Of a DNA stretch of 64,000 bases, positions 1-9,918 are shown one piece after another. Origin of the DNA: a virus. Its lineage: Duplodnaviria > Caudoviricetes. The notes under the pieces were generated by a model. The model was not told the origin of the DNA. It made no database searches and was given only the letters and a program-made list of their open reading frames with translations. How positions within the stretch are numbered: position 1 is the first letter of the stretch; every line of letters begins with the position of its first letter. The stretch is taken from positions 1 through 64,000 of IMG/VR virus record IMGVR_UViG_3300046678_000974. One strand, written 5' to 3'. A program made the translations under genes and the position numbers.

Positions 1-2
1 AT

Positions 3-1541
3 ACTGGTACCGGTCGTGATCCGCAGATCAGTTTGGACACGGGGAGTGGTCCCCAGGTATTGCCACAGAGTGGTTTGGTTGCCAAACTGGCATATCACAA
101 TCACGTTGAATGGCAGTTCAATGGCACTGATTGGTATTGGTGGGATACGGCATCGAGTGCCACACCGGACAAGTTCACATTATGGACGATTAACAGTGTC
201 AATTTGTCGGGTAACAACACTTATACCCCCAATCTAGCGGCGAATCAACCTGTTGCCACGGTTTCTGTTGTGCAGTCTGATGGTCAGACATTTCAGGGAA
301 CCTATTCGGTTGTCTCGACACCGGGTAATGCCTTCAAGATGGTTGGTGCTGTATTGACGTCGAATATCCAATTATCAGCGTCGAGTTATAGTGTGACTGT
401 GACGGCTACGCCGAATGTGGTTGGGAATGCTGTGCCTGCTACATTCTCTTTGACTAATGGTACTAACATCCAGCCATTGCTGGGTGTTCATCTGGGGAAT
501 GGCCTATCTGGTTTCGATTCTAATGGTGCCAATCCATATTCGTCCATCGCTGCACATTACCCTGCATTCAATACAGCGATGAATAGAACTTGTAATGTCA
601 TTGCAGCCGTTGGTGGGAGTGATTTTGCCTTCAACTCTGGTGATCCCACAAGCTGGGGTTCCGGAGATGCGGGGAATTGGGTTTCTAATTCTCTACCGAC
701 TGATGGCAATACCTATCCGCAGTTGACTTGGACATTCGCTGGCAACTCTGCCGACAATAGTTTCTCACTCTATACACCAAGCGGGTCTCCATCATTGCCG
801 CGTACAGTCTATGGTGGCCAGACAATCGATCATTGGATTACCACTGCTCTTGATAATTGGCGGAGTATTGCAGCCTTCAAGAGAATCTATATTCGGATCA
901 ATTGGGAGTTCAATCAGGGTGGTCCGGTGCCGCCAAGCACTCATTTTGAGGTGCCTGATACCGGTACTGTAGCTACATGGATTAGTGCATGGAAGGGTTT
1001 TTGCAATTCTGCACATAATTGGGGAAATGCCAATGGTGTGAATGTCAGAATGTGTTGGTGTCCGACCACACCGAATGGCATAGCTGATTCTACCATGACT
1101 TTCGGCCGCAATGTTTCTGACTTCTTCCCCTTCGCTGATGCCAATGCCATCAACGGTCGGTATATTGATGTGGTTGCCCCAGATGTTTATGCCATTAGTA
1201 CGGCATTTGGGTTTACCGGTGGTGCAACCATCTGGTGTTTCGATAATTATGTGAAAATCGCACAGACAGCAAATTGCAATGTCGGTATTATGGAACTAGG
1301 TGATTTCCTCTCTGGTGAAACTGCATGGCAAAATTGGATACCGCATGATTTCACGCCATACCTTAATAATCTCAAGAATCTATCTCCTGCGGTACCGATT
1401 GAGGTGCTCACCTTGTTTGATTTGAATGTGTCTCCTACTTCTGCGTTTAGTAATCTCAATCCAGCCGGATCAAACGATTGCAATGCATGGCGTACTGCTA
1501 TTGGTAGTGGATCGGCAATTCTAACTATTCCGCCAAACTAA
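3..1541 (+). CDS. 5'-truncated modular glycan-active protein: beta-module + cadherin/Ig-like domain + GH26-like TIM barrel
   Basis: Frame is open from position 3. The GH26-type motifs IRINWEFN (acid/base E, nt 906-908) and VGIMELG (nucleophile E, nt 1293-1295) are intact. LAYHNHVEWQ...WYW resembles modules in 25890-30746 and 31288-35970. Confidence 0.7.
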   Translation, partial: TGTGRDPQISLDTGSGPQVLPQSGLVAKLAYHNHVEWQFNGTDWYWWDTASSATPDKFTLWTINSVNLSGNNTYTPNLAANQPVATVSVVQSDGQTFQGTYSVVSTPGNAFKMVGAVLTSNIQLSASSYSVTVTATPNVVGNAVPATFSLTNGTNIQPLLGVHLGNGLSGFDSNGANPYSSIAAHYPAFNTAMNRTCNVIAAVGGSDFAFNSGDPTSWGSGDAGNWVSNSLPTDGNTYPQLTWTFAGNSADNSFSLYTPSGSPSLPRTVYGGQTIDHWITTALDNWRSIAAFKRIYIRINWEFNQGGPVPPSTHFEVPDTGTVATWISAWKGFCNSAHNWGNANGVNVRMCWCPTTPNGIADSTMTFGRNVSDFFPFADANAINGRYIDVVAPDVYAISTAFGFTGGATIWCFDNYVKIAQTANCNVGIMELGDFLSGETAWQNWIPHDFTPYLNNLKNLSPAVPIEVLTLFDLNVSPTSAFSNLNPAGSNDCNAWRTAIGSGSAILTIPPN

Positions 1542-1546
1542 AGCGG

Positions 1547-1552
1547 TAAATA
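1547..1552 (+). promoter_or_regulatory. TAAATA late-promoter-like box
   Basis: Intergenic, upstream of the scaffold gene; same motif recurs before most structural genes. Confidence 0.55.
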
Positions 1553-1592
1553 GGTTCTGTCATTGGGGAATGAGTCCCCTGGGAGAGCCAAA

Positions 1593-2207
1593 ATGACAGA
1601 TGAGACCGTTGAACTTGACGAGCCGGTTGACGCGCCCGTCGAAGACATCACTCCGAAGAAAGTCCGTAAGCGTACCAAGGCTGGCACATTTGAGCCAACC
1701 ATGGACATTGCCGACTATGAAGATACTATTCGTGAGTTGCGTGATGAAGCTGCCAAGTTGCGCAAGCGTCAAACCGAAGATGATAATGTCAAGGCTGAGA
1801 AGTTGGCTGAGGAACGCATCAAGGTTGCGCGTGAGGATGCTATCAAGGCAGCACAAGAGCAACTCGATCAATTCAAGAAAGAGATGCAAGAGACTGCTAA
1901 GGCGCGGGTCTTGAAGTCAGAATTAAAAGCGGCTGCCACCAAAGCCAATGTCATCGATTTCGAGGACTTGTTTGCGGTGATGCGTAATTTGGATCAGGTG
2001 CAGTACAGCGAGGATGGTGATGTAACCAATGCGGCGGAATTGATTGAAGAGATCAAATCTAAGAAGCCACATCTGTTTGCTTCGTTTACTACCAGCAGTA
2101 CATCACAACCGCCACGAGCAACTGGAAAGCCGCCGATCGAGAAGATTGCTTTGACGATGTCGCGTGAAGATTATGAACGCGGCAAGAAGATGCTTGATCA
2201 GATTTGA
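1593..2207 (+). CDS. capsid scaffolding protein
   Basis: Charged coiled coil (IRELRDEAAKLRK), KPHLF motif, immediately upstream of the capsid gene. Start chosen at ATG 1593 after GGGAG. Confidence 0.8.
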   Translation: MTDETVELDEPVDAPVEDITPKKVRKRTKAGTFEPTMDIADYEDTIRELRDEAAKLRKRQTEDDNVKAEKLAEERIKVAREDAIKAAQEQLDQFKKEMQETAKARVLKSELKAAATKANVIDFEDLFAVMRNLDQVQYSEDGDVTNAAELIEEIKSKKPHLFASFTTSSTSQPPRATGKPPIEKIALTMSREDYERGKKMLDQI

Positions 2208-2219
2208 GCATGATTGGAA

Positions 2220-2248
2220 TGGTCGCAACCATAGTTGCGATCATTTCT
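2220..2248 (+). terminator. stem-loop after scaffold gene
   Basis: TGGTCGCAAC-CATA-GTTGCGATCA, 10-bp stem with one G-U, followed by TTTCT. Confidence 0.5.
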
Positions 2249-2259
2249 ATCAAGCGGAC

Positions 2260-2265
2260 TAAATA
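2260..2265 (+). promoter_or_regulatory. TAAATA late-promoter-like box for capsid gene
   Basis: Lies between the hairpin and the capsid ATG at 2315. Confidence 0.6.
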
Positions 2266-2314
2266 TTTGTAGATTTAAGGATGGCGAGCGCCATTTCAAT
2301 TGGGATAGAAATTA

Positions 2315-3688
2315 ATGAGCCTTAACAACCTTCCAGCCTCGATCCAAGCAGCCATCCAGCAGGGTTACCTCGAACACGAGTTCCGTGAGCCGTTGTATGC
2401 GACGTTTGCTTATCGCACGCTGGCCACTCGCGAGCCTTTCATGGCCAATATTGGCGAGACTCTGACAAAAACCAAGACTGCGCTTCTCCCAACTATTACC
2501 ACGCCTTCTTCGACTACAGCCAATACCGATCTGGATAATGGCATGTCGGCGCAGAGTTGGGCACTCGAACAGTACATCATGGGTCTGAACCAGTACAAGG
2601 GTACTATGGACCTCAACATGATGTTTGAGAGATTCGCGATTGCGGGTGTCTTCCTTCAGAATGCTCGTAAGCTCGGTGAGCAGGCGGCTCGGTCGGTTGA
2701 GACACTGGCACAGCAAGCCCTGTATAATACTCAGCTTGGTCAGAATACCCGTGTTCTTACCACGCTTGGTGCTCCTGGTACGACTGTTGCGGTTGATGAC
2801 ATTCGTGGCTTTGGCAACTCTTGGACCTCGACCAATGTGCCGGTTACGGTTTCTAGTTCTAATCCTTTGAGTGTTACTTTCGTTCGTGCTGGTGCTTATT
2901 CCAATGGTGCCAACAGCGCGAACACCGTTGGTGGTACGTACAGCTTGACTGGTGTGACGCCGGATGGTTCGAACATTTCGACGGCGCCGGGCGGTATCTC
3001 TGGCACGCTGACATTCTCTTCGAACGTAGCTGTGGCTGATGGCACCCTATCTAATGGTGTAGTTGCCGCAGTGGCGCCAGTTATTCAGCGGCCTTTCCAG
3101 CGTGCGACAACCAAGCAGCTTGGTGCAGGCGATGTCATCACCATGCAGCAGATTCTGCAAGCTAAGGCGATTTTGGAATCCAACCGGGTTCCCACATTCA
3201 ATAATGGCATGTATCGTCTCGTGGGCGATCCGACAATGTTTCTGCCACTGTACCAAGATCAAGCGTTTCAGCGCTTTCAAATTGGCCACACGGGTAGCGA
3301 AGAATATCGTCGTGGCGTTATTGCCCAGATGCTTGGTGTTGAACTGGTGCAGTCTGTGATGACTCCAGTACAGGCGTCACTTGGTGGCGGTGCGGTGCAT
3401 CGTGGTCTATTGTGTGGTGCTGATGTTATTATCGAGTCTGATTGGACTGATATTGGCTACAACAACGTGCGCAATACGCTCGATGAGGAAGAGTTGACGG
3501 TGATTGATGGCATTGCGCATATCACTCGTCCGCCGCTTGATCGTCTCGGCCAGATCATCGCCCAAAGCTGGACCTACGTCGGTGGGTTTGTTGCTCCGAC
3601 TGATCTTGGTACTACGACTTCGACTATTCCGACCGCGACCAATTCGGCATGGAAGCGCGGCATTGTATTGGAAGTCACTGCTTCCTAA
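2315..3688 (+). CDS. major capsid protein with internal insertion domain
   Basis: 457 aa after the scaffold gene, with strongly biased codon use and a strong terminator downstream. N-terminus (IQQGYLEHEF...GETLTKTK) resembles capsid proteins of proteobacterial prophages. Confidence 0.85.
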   Translation: MSLNNLPASIQAAIQQGYLEHEFREPLYATFAYRTLATREPFMANIGETLTKTKTALLPTITTPSSTTANTDLDNGMSAQSWALEQYIMGLNQYKGTMDLNMMFERFAIAGVFLQNARKLGEQAARSVETLAQQALYNTQLGQNTRVLTTLGAPGTTVAVDDIRGFGNSWTSTNVPVTVSSSNPLSVTFVRAGAYSNGANSANTVGGTYSLTGVTPDGSNISTAPGGISGTLTFSSNVAVADGTLSNGVVAAVAPVIQRPFQRATTKQLGAGDVITMQQILQAKAILESNRVPTFNNGMYRLVGDPTMFLPLYQDQAFQRFQIGHTGSEEYRRGVIAQMLGVELVQSVMTPVQASLGGGAVHRGLLCGADVIIESDWTDIGYNNVRNTLDEEELTVIDGIAHITRPPLDRLGQIIAQSWTYVGGFVAPTDLGTTTSTIPTATNSAWKRGIVLEVTAS

Positions 3689-3708
3689 TCTACTAAACTG
3701 TCTAGTTG

Positions 3709-3734
3709 AAAAGCCGCCTTCGGGCGGCTTTTTC
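3709..3734 (+). terminator. intrinsic terminator
   Basis: AAAAGCCGCC-TTCG-GGCGGCTTTT followed by a T run. Confidence 0.9.
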
Positions 3735-3739
3735 ATATC

Positions 3740-3745
3740 TAAATA
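3740..3745 (+). promoter_or_regulatory. TAAATA box 5 nt before ATG (leaderless)
   Basis: TAAATA-TCTCT-ATG; no room for a Shine-Dalgarno site. Confidence 0.65.
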
Positions 3746-3750
3746 TCTCT

Positions 3751-4332
3751 ATGACTCAAGCAGTATCTTCCCCGATTGTGCAGCCCTATTTGTGGTGGCG
3801 CGATTTTCTTCCCTCTGAGATGGTACAGCAAGTACGACAGGTGGCGTTGGACAATCAGCATAAGTTTGTCCCCACGACTGTATCCACCAATGTGGCTGAT
3901 TATCGTAAGAGTACCGTGTTGTGGCATTATAATTTTATGCCGTTATATGAGACATTCACGCGACGATTGCGTGAGTTTTTGCCTATTGTGCAGATGGAGC
4001 TTAATCGTCGGTTTGTTGTGGGCAACATTGAGGTGCAGATGACTAGTTCATCGAATCAGGAGTATTTCAAGGCGCATACTGATAACGGTACACCGGATAC
4101 GGATCATCGAAAGTTGAGTTATGTGTATTATTTTCTGTTGAATGAGCCGCGTCAGTTCACTGGTGGTGAGTTGACTTTGACGATTAATCCGGTGGCGACG
4201 ATCCAGCCGAACCACAATTCGATTGTATTTTTTCCGAGTGAGTATTGGCATGAGGTTCATCCGGTGAGTTCATCGGGGCTGTTTATGGATTCGCGACTTA
4301 CGATCAATGGATGGGTGAGAGACATTGGGTAA
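3751..4332 (+). CDS. 2OG-Fe(II) dioxygenase, prolyl-4-hydroxylase-like
   Basis: HxD (KAHTD), RKLSYVYY, FTGGEL, distal His (WHEV) and 2OG-binding Arg (SRLTINGW). Confidence 0.85.
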   Translation: MTQAVSSPIVQPYLWWRDFLPSEMVQQVRQVALDNQHKFVPTTVSTNVADYRKSTVLWHYNFMPLYETFTRRLREFLPIVQMELNRRFVVGNIEVQMTSSSNQEYFKAHTDNGTPDTDHRKLSYVYYFLLNEPRQFTGGELTLTINPVATIQPNHNSIVFFPSEYWHEVHPVSSSGLFMDSRLTINGWVRDIG

Positions 4333-4361
4333 ATATTTGAGTTACTTGAAGGAATAGCCAG

Positions 4362-6536
4362 TTGGATCGAGTTATTACATGGCCGGGAGCAATCCCTCTA
4401 GTTGAGGATTTGCTTCACACCAATCAGGACACTCTGATTGCGATTGGTTATCTCATTCGCGCGGCATTTGGTCCGTGCACTGCGGTCGATGGATTGACCT
4501 GTACTCCAACGGTACCGCCATCATTGAATGTGGTGGTATCGGACGGCAGTATTATCGTGCTAGACGATCTGGAAGAAACACCTTATTCTGTGTTATCGGC
4601 GGACGTGACCCATAATCTGATGAAAATGGGCATCAATATTTCGCCTACCAGCTTCCCTGTGACGCCACCTACCACGGCTGGTTTCCAGATCGTCTACTTA
4701 ATTCAAGCTAAGTTCGGTGAGCATGACCTCCAACCAGTGGTATTGCCTTACTTCAATAGTGCCAATCCCAACATTCCGTTGGCTGGTCCGGCTGGATCGG
4801 GTGTGTCACAAGCTACCAATCGTGCCAATCTGGTTGATCTGGAGTTAAAAGCTGGTACATCGGCGCCGGTGAATACGGCTGTGCCGCCAGCGGCGGATGC
4901 TGGTTGGGTGGCGTTGTATCATATTCAGGTCAATGCTGGTCAAACGGCGATTAATACGACTGATATTACCATTGCGCCCGGTGCGCCATTCCTCAATTCG
5001 AAATTGAATTGGAGTGCAGCATTAGGCTGTGGCAATCCAAACTTCGGCGGCGGTGGTGGTACTGGCCCCACTGGTCCAGCAGGACAGTCGATCGTCGGCC
5101 CCACAGGTGCTGCTGGAAGTATCGGACCTACTGGCCCTGCGGGCCAAAACTTTGGCGTGACAGGGCCTACAGGACCTACTGGTCCGGGAGGTGGTGCGAC
5201 AGGTCCTACCGGGACTGCCGGGCCTGCCGGGGCAACTGGACCAGCGGGCACACCCGGAGCAACTGGTCCGGCGGGCGCACCCGGTACGGCTGCTGGTGGT
5301 TTCTTACGTGGTACAAAATGTATTGCACCAACTTACAATATTCAAGTGTCTGACAATGGTTTTCTGATCATCAATACCAGTAATGTAGCGAGTGGTAGCT
5401 ATATCTTGCCGCCGAGTGCCAATATCAGTGATGGTTATACGATCGAGTTATTCAATGATTCGACGTCATATCTAGTAAGTTTCACTACCAATGATGGCAA
5501 AAAAATCAAGATTGATCCGTCGTTTGGCAATACTGGTCTTACCAGCAACTTTCTATTGCCGCGTGAATGGATTGGGTTGATTTGGAGTTCGTGTGATAGT
5601 GCGTGGATGGCGGTCACCAGTTCGCCCGGTCAGACTCGTGGTGTTGTGAGTTATTTGAATGGCCTGAATATCTATGTCAATGCGAGTGGGGGAAATGACC
5701 TCAACAACGGTCTAACGGCTGCAACCCCGTTTGCGACATTAAACAAGGCGGTCGCATGGCTTCAGGAGACCAATTATGTTGGCTCGCCAAAGGAAGGGAT
5801 TACTGTCAATATTGCCAATGGCACGTATACCGTGGGCAACGGGTTGGATATTGATCTTGGGAGTCTTGATTGTAAAGTAAAGTTCCTTGGCAATACCACG
5901 TCACCGGGATCGGTTCAGATCAATGGTCAGGGTTGTTTCCGTGCTCGTCATAATACCTATATTCAATTAGCGGGTATGACATTGACTGGCCTCAATAACA
6001 CGGGCTTCACCTTGTATAGTCATAATGGCACGGTCAATCCAGCACAGATGATCGGCGTTTGTGTTGGTGCATTCGATGGAGCCAAGGTTGATTGTATGGA
6101 TGGTCTGGCATTTGATTCCAGTGGCACGCCAACTCCGGGACCTTGGTCACCGGCGAATGCGCATATTTGGGCGAGCAATAATGGTACGGTGAATATGCTG
6201 AATAGCTATACCATCAATCGATCGGCCTGTTATCACATGGCAGCCGACAATGGTGGTTCGATCACTTGTGGCCAGATCACGATCAACACGGATGCCAATC
6301 CCGAGTTCACGTCAAGTTTCTTGCATGCGTGGAATGGCTTTATCCAGATCACCAATGTCACCTACACCAAAACCAACTTACCCGGTCCGCCTTTGGATGT
6401 GGCTGGAACTGGCAGCATTTGGACGAATGGGGTAGCGACGCCTGGGAATGGCAGTGGTGAGCATAGTATGTGGCAGCAGACACCTGATGGCAATTTCATT
6501 GTTTCCGCAGGGTCTGGCTTCACGCCGTTGACATAA
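4362..6536 (+). CDS. tail fibre: baseplate-attachment domain + collagen-like GXY repeat + beta-sandwich + beta-helix-like C-terminus
   Basis: TTG start after AAGGA. GPT/GPA/GAT triplets at nt ~5060-5290. [26 protein letters not shown] is a DUF1565/beta-helix-type start. Confidence 0.75.
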   Translation: MDRVITWPGAIPLVEDLLHTNQDTLIAIGYLIRAAFGPCTAVDGLTCTPTVPPSLNVVVSDGSIIVLDDLEETPYSVLSADVTHNLMKMGINISPTSFPVTPPTTAGFQIVYLIQAKFGEHDLQPVVLPYFNSANPNIPLAGPAGSGVSQATNRANLVDLELKAGTSAPVNTAVPPAADAGWVALYHIQVNAGQTAINTTDITIAPGAPFLNSKLNWSAALGCGNPNFGGGGGTGPTGPAGQSIVGPTGAAGSIGPTGPAGQNFGVTGPTGPTGPGGGATGPTGTAGPAGATGPAGTPGATGPAGAPGTAAGGFLRGTKCIAPTYNIQVSDNGFLIINTSNVASGSYILPPSANISDGYTIELFNDSTSYLVSFTTNDGKKIKIDPSFGNTGLTSNFLLPREWIGLIWSSCDSAWMAVTSSPGQTRGVVSYLNGLNIYVNASGGNDLNNGLTAATPFATLNKAVAWLQETNYVGSPKEGITVNIANGTYTVGNGLDIDLGSLDCKVKFLGNTTSPGSVQINGQGCFRARHNTYIQLAGMTLTGLNNTGFTLYSHNGTVNPAQMIGVCVGAFDGAKVDCMDGLAFDSSGTPTPGPWSPANAHIWASNNGTVNMLNSYTINRSACYHMAADNGGSITCGQITINTDANPEFTSSFLHAWNGFIQITNVTYTKTNLPGPPLDVAGTGSIWTNGVATPGNGSGEHSMWQQTPDGNFIVSAGSGFTPLT

Positions 6537-6558
6537 CGTCACTTTTAACATCAGGGAC

Positions 6559-6564
6559 TAAATA
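6559..6564 (+). promoter_or_regulatory. TAAATA box for sheath gene
   Basis: Intergenic GGACTAAATATTTG, identical in 14 nt to the box at 2256-2269. Confidence 0.6.
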
Positions 6565-6629
6565 TTTGAAGAATAATAGCAGGCAGTGGCATTGGAAAAT
6601 GCCACCCTCGTTTTAGGGAATGAGTCTTA

Positions 6630-8381
6630 ATGCCAATTTTGCAATCTACTAACGTGAATCCAACGGCTCTGGTAGTCCCTGATCTGTATGTGGTCATTGT
6701 ACCGCCTGCTCAGTTGCTTCTTAACGGCGTTCCATCGAATGTTGTTGGTCTGGTGGGAACTGCCAGTTATGGTCCGGTGAATACGCCGGTGTTGGTTCAA
6801 GGCATGGCTGAATACAGCCAAAACTTTGGACCATTGCTCAATCGCAAATACGATATGGGTACCCATGCGGCTGTCGTTTCGCTGCAAGGTGCCACTGCGA
6901 TGCAGTGCGTTAGGGTAACCGATGGTACTGATGTTGCTTCCTCAGTTGTGGTTGGCAGCACTGATATTACCTTTACGGCCAAGTATACCGGCACCTATGG
7001 TAACAACATCTCTGTCACTTTGCAGAATGGTGCTAAGGCGAATACGATTGCTGCGGTTGTCGGTGTGCCGGGATACGCGGCTGAAATCTATCAGAATATT
7101 CCCAAGGCAGCTTCCACGACCGCGACAACCACTGGTTCGATCTCAACTGCTACCACGGTACCAGTCGATTCGACTGCGTCTTTGGTGGTCGGTATGGTGG
7201 TGTCTGGGACTGGCGTTGTTTCGGCGCCGACGGTCGCGTCGATTACCGATCCTACCCATTTTGTCCTATCATCCTCACAGAGCATTGGTTCTGGTGTGGT
7301 GTTGACCTTTACGCCGACCAATTTCAATTCCACCTGGGTGGCATTGGCGGCAGCGGTCAATAACGGCCAGAATGCATTGAGACAGCCTTCTATTTGGGTG
7401 ACGGCTGTCGCTGGTGGTGGTACTACTATTCCTTCACTGCCTGCGGTTTATCAGTTGGTGGGTGGTGGTGATGGTGTTGGCACGATCACTGCGACTGTTT
7501 TGACGGGTGACAGTTCGGTTCCGAGTGGCATGTATGCCTTGTCGAACTTGAATGTCGCCATTCTTGATTGCTGCGATGTTGATGATTCGACAGCGTGGAC
7601 GACAATCGATGCATTTGCCATTGGCAATTCGAGTTATGCCATTCAGGTAATTCCATCTGGTACGACAGTAACCAACGCGGTTACTGCCAAGCGTACTGCT
7701 GGACTGGATAGCGCCTATTCGAAACTCCTCCATGGTGACTGGCTCTATTGGGACGATCCAGTAACGGGTGTGACCCGTTTGGTGTCGCCGCAGGCATTTG
7801 TGGCTGGTCGTTTGGCCAATCTGTCTCCGCAGAATGTGACGCTGAATAAGCCGATCTTTGGTATAGCAGGGTCACAGAAGACAGGAATCTCGGGGATCAA
7901 TCAGACTGCGTATACGACTGCTGATTTGACTTCGTTGTTCCAGAGCGGTATTGACGTGGTTACTCTCCCCGGTGCAGGTGGATTCAATATCTGGACGTGT
8001 CGTAGTGGGCATACCAGCAGCACGAATCTCACGTTACAGTTGGATAACTATCCGACATTGACCAACTATATCGCAAAGACGCTCGCAAGTGGCATGGGTT
8101 TTTATATTGGTGAGGTGATTACGCCGCAGTTGTTCTTCAATGTGACGGCGACGCTTAGTCAATTCATGCAGAACCTGACTGGTGCTGGTCTGTTGGCGAC
8201 GACTGATGGAACGACTCCTTACGCTGTTCAATGCAATGTGCAGAACAATCCGCCTTCACAAACCAAGATTGGTATTGTTACGGCGACAGTTCAGGCGGTC
8301 TACCCCTCCATAAATAGCACCTTCATAGTCAACCTTCAAGGCGGCAGTACTGTTACGGTTACTGTTCAGAATCAAGGATAA
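6630..8381 (+). CDS. contractile tail sheath protein
   Basis: N-terminal VVPDLYVVIVPP...GTASYGPVNTP, SPQAFVAGRLANLSP, and C-terminal F+VNLQGG are typical of sheath proteins. Confidence 0.9.
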   Translation: MPILQSTNVNPTALVVPDLYVVIVPPAQLLLNGVPSNVVGLVGTASYGPVNTPVLVQGMAEYSQNFGPLLNRKYDMGTHAAVVSLQGATAMQCVRVTDGTDVASSVVVGSTDITFTAKYTGTYGNNISVTLQNGAKANTIAAVVGVPGYAAEIYQNIPKAASTTATTTGSISTATTVPVDSTASLVVGMVVSGTGVVSAPTVASITDPTHFVLSSSQSIGSGVVLTFTPTNFNSTWVALAAAVNNGQNALRQPSIWVTAVAGGGTTIPSLPAVYQLVGGGDGVGTITATVLTGDSSVPSGMYALSNLNVAILDCCDVDDSTAWTTIDAFAIGNSSYAIQVIPSGTTVTNAVTAKRTAGLDSAYSKLLHGDWLYWDDPVTGVTRLVSPQAFVAGRLANLSPQNVTLNKPIFGIAGSQKTGISGINQTAYTTADLTSLFQSGIDVVTLPGAGGFNIWTCRSGHTSSTNLTLQLDNYPTLTNYIAKTLASGMGFYIGEVITPQLFFNVTATLSQFMQNLTGAGLLATTDGTTPYAVQCNVQNNPPSQTKIGIVTATVQAVYPSINSTFIVNLQGGSTVTVTVQNQG

Positions 8382-8387
8382 TTTTAG

Positions 8388-8876
8388 ATGGGCATTAATG
8401 CAACGACTGCTGGATTCACCAACACCGGGCACGATCTTCACATCGCTTTGGTAAATGCTGACGGCACTACTATTGCGCTGGAAAATGTTATGCAATTCGA
8501 CGCCAAGCAGGAAACACAGGATGTCACACGTGTTCGTCTCGACAACCGTGTGCTGGTTGCTGATCTCCCGAAGCTTTGGTCTGGTACGATCACCTATGAT
8601 CGTGGCCGGGGCAATGTCGATAATGGAATTGCGGAGATTGAGCAGTCATGGTTCAGCGGTAAAGATTATGCGCTAGGTCGGCTAGAAATCTCTGTGTCTT
8701 CATCTTCTGGCGCCGGTGGTGTCACCAATATCGCGTTCCTTGATGTCAGTCTCAAACAGACTGATTCTGGCACGTGGCGTGGTGATGATGCCACTTCGTG
8801 TCGTTTGGAGTTTCGCGCAGCACGTCGATCGGTCAATGGCGTTGGCGTTGGGAATAATTCGTTCTTCGTGACTTGA
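8388..8876 (+). CDS. tail tube protein
   Basis: 162 aa directly after the sheath; FDAKQ...WSGTITYDRG pattern. Confidence 0.8.
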   Translation: MGINATTAGFTNTGHDLHIALVNADGTTIALENVMQFDAKQETQDVTRVRLDNRVLVADLPKLWSGTITYDRGRGNVDNGIAEIEQSWFSGKDYALGRLEISVSSSSGAGGVTNIAFLDVSLKQTDSGTWRGDDATSCRLEFRAARRSVNGVGVGNNSFFVT

Positions 8877-8899
8877 CAATTGACGCCTTGAGAGGTTGC

Positions 8900-8905
8900 T
8901 AAATA
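8900..8905 (+). promoter_or_regulatory. TAAATA box in loop of an 8-bp inverted repeat
   Basis: AGAGGTTG-CTAAATAC-CAACCTCT (8891-8914), upstream of the chaperone gene. Confidence 0.55.
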
Positions 8906-8924
8906 CCAACCTCTAGAAGGTGAT

Positions 8925-9290
8925 ATGATGTCAAACAAGCCGACGATTGAGACGCTCGAAACGTCTTTTGTGAAAGAATCCAATCCTGTTCGCACGGTCA
9001 CTGACGCCAGTGGCCGTGTGATTCGTTATAAGAACCTCAGCATCATGGAACGTGCCCGATTGGCGCGAGTGTTGGCTGAGCATTCCAATAATGGGCCGTA
9101 TTATGGCATGTTGGCGACAGCGGCGGCGGTGATCGACATTGATGGTGAAGCTGGGCCACCGAAGACCAAGATCAGTTTCCTCGAAGGGCGTCTGGAATGG
9201 TTGGGCGACGATGGCTGGGATGCCATTATTGCTGACGATCGGATGCGCAATGAAGTTGAGGAAAATGAGAAGGTCGCAATAAAAAACTAG
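8925..9290 (+). CDS. tail assembly chaperone
   Basis: Lies between tube and tape measure; ends ATA AAA AAC TAG. Confidence 0.8.
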   Translation: MMSNKPTIETLETSFVKESNPVRTVTDASGRVIRYKNLSIMERARLARVLAEHSNNGPYYGMLATAAAVIDIDGEAGPPKTKISFLEGRLEWLGDDGWDAIIADDRMRNEVEENEKVAIKN

Positions 9291-9466
9291 CAACGGATTC
9301 AGCGTTGGGCGTTGCCCTTTACCTTGTATCGAAGGGCATTCCTTGGGACGTGGTGTTCGCGCTGGATTCGGTTGAATTGACAGCTTTTCAGATCATTTTT
9401 GGCCAACAACAGGGTGGTATCTGGGAGTGGGACAATATGCGTTGGCGCCCTAATGAGTATAAGTAA
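9281..9466 (+). CDS. -1 frameshift extension of the tail assembly chaperone (G/GT-type)
   Basis: Slippery heptamer A AAA AAC at 9281-9287. The -1 frame stays open for 59 codons (LATDSALGVALYLVSKGIPWDVVF...WEWDNMRW) to TAA 9464-9466 and has no convincing independent start. Confidence 0.85.
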   Translation, partial: KKLATDSALGVALYLVSKGIPWDVVFALDSVELTAFQIIFGQQQGGIWEWDNMRWRPNEYK

Positions 9467-9469
9467 GCG

Positions 9470-9877
9470 ATGAACATCGCTCAAGTCTTGCAACAACTCG
9501 AACAACGCATCCGCATCGCTGCTGAAGCTGGATTGGTGGAAGCTGCTGAACTGGTGAAACAGGAAGCCAAGAATTGGATCGGCCATCAGCATTCTGACTG
9601 GCCGCCATTATCTGAGAGTACGATCGAAGAAGAGCAACGTATGGGCTATCCTGTGGATCAGCCATTGTTGCGTACTGGTGCATTGCGAGACAGCATTGAG
9701 GCTCATGTGGTAGGCTTGCATGCTGAGGTGGGTACCAATCATCCATTGGGAGTGATTCACGAGTATGGGACGGTGACGATCCCACCACGTCCGTTCCTCC
9801 AACCAGCGTTGACCGCCAAGACCAATGAGATTGGGATGATCCTGCGTCGCCATATTGCTGCGGCATTAAAGGGTTGA
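9470..9877 (+). CDS. HK97 gp10-like / virion morphogenesis protein
   Basis: WPPLSESTI, LLRTGALRDSI, HEYGT..IPPRPFLQPA motifs. Confidence 0.8.
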   Translation: MNIAQVLQQLEQRIRIAAEAGLVEAAELVKQEAKNWIGHQHSDWPPLSESTIEEEQRMGYPVDQPLLRTGALRDSIEAHVVGLHAEVGTNHPLGVIHEYGTVTIPPRPFLQPALTAKTNEIGMILRRHIAAALKG

Positions 9878-9918
9878 CAGATTGATCTGTCTGGCCTAGG
9901 ACGCTCTTGGAGGTGATC

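Noticed and set aside
8873-8878. sigma70 promoter at TTGACA after the tube gene
   Set aside because: It arises from the TGA stop and has no -10 at 16-18 nt spacing; the TAAATA box explains the site better.
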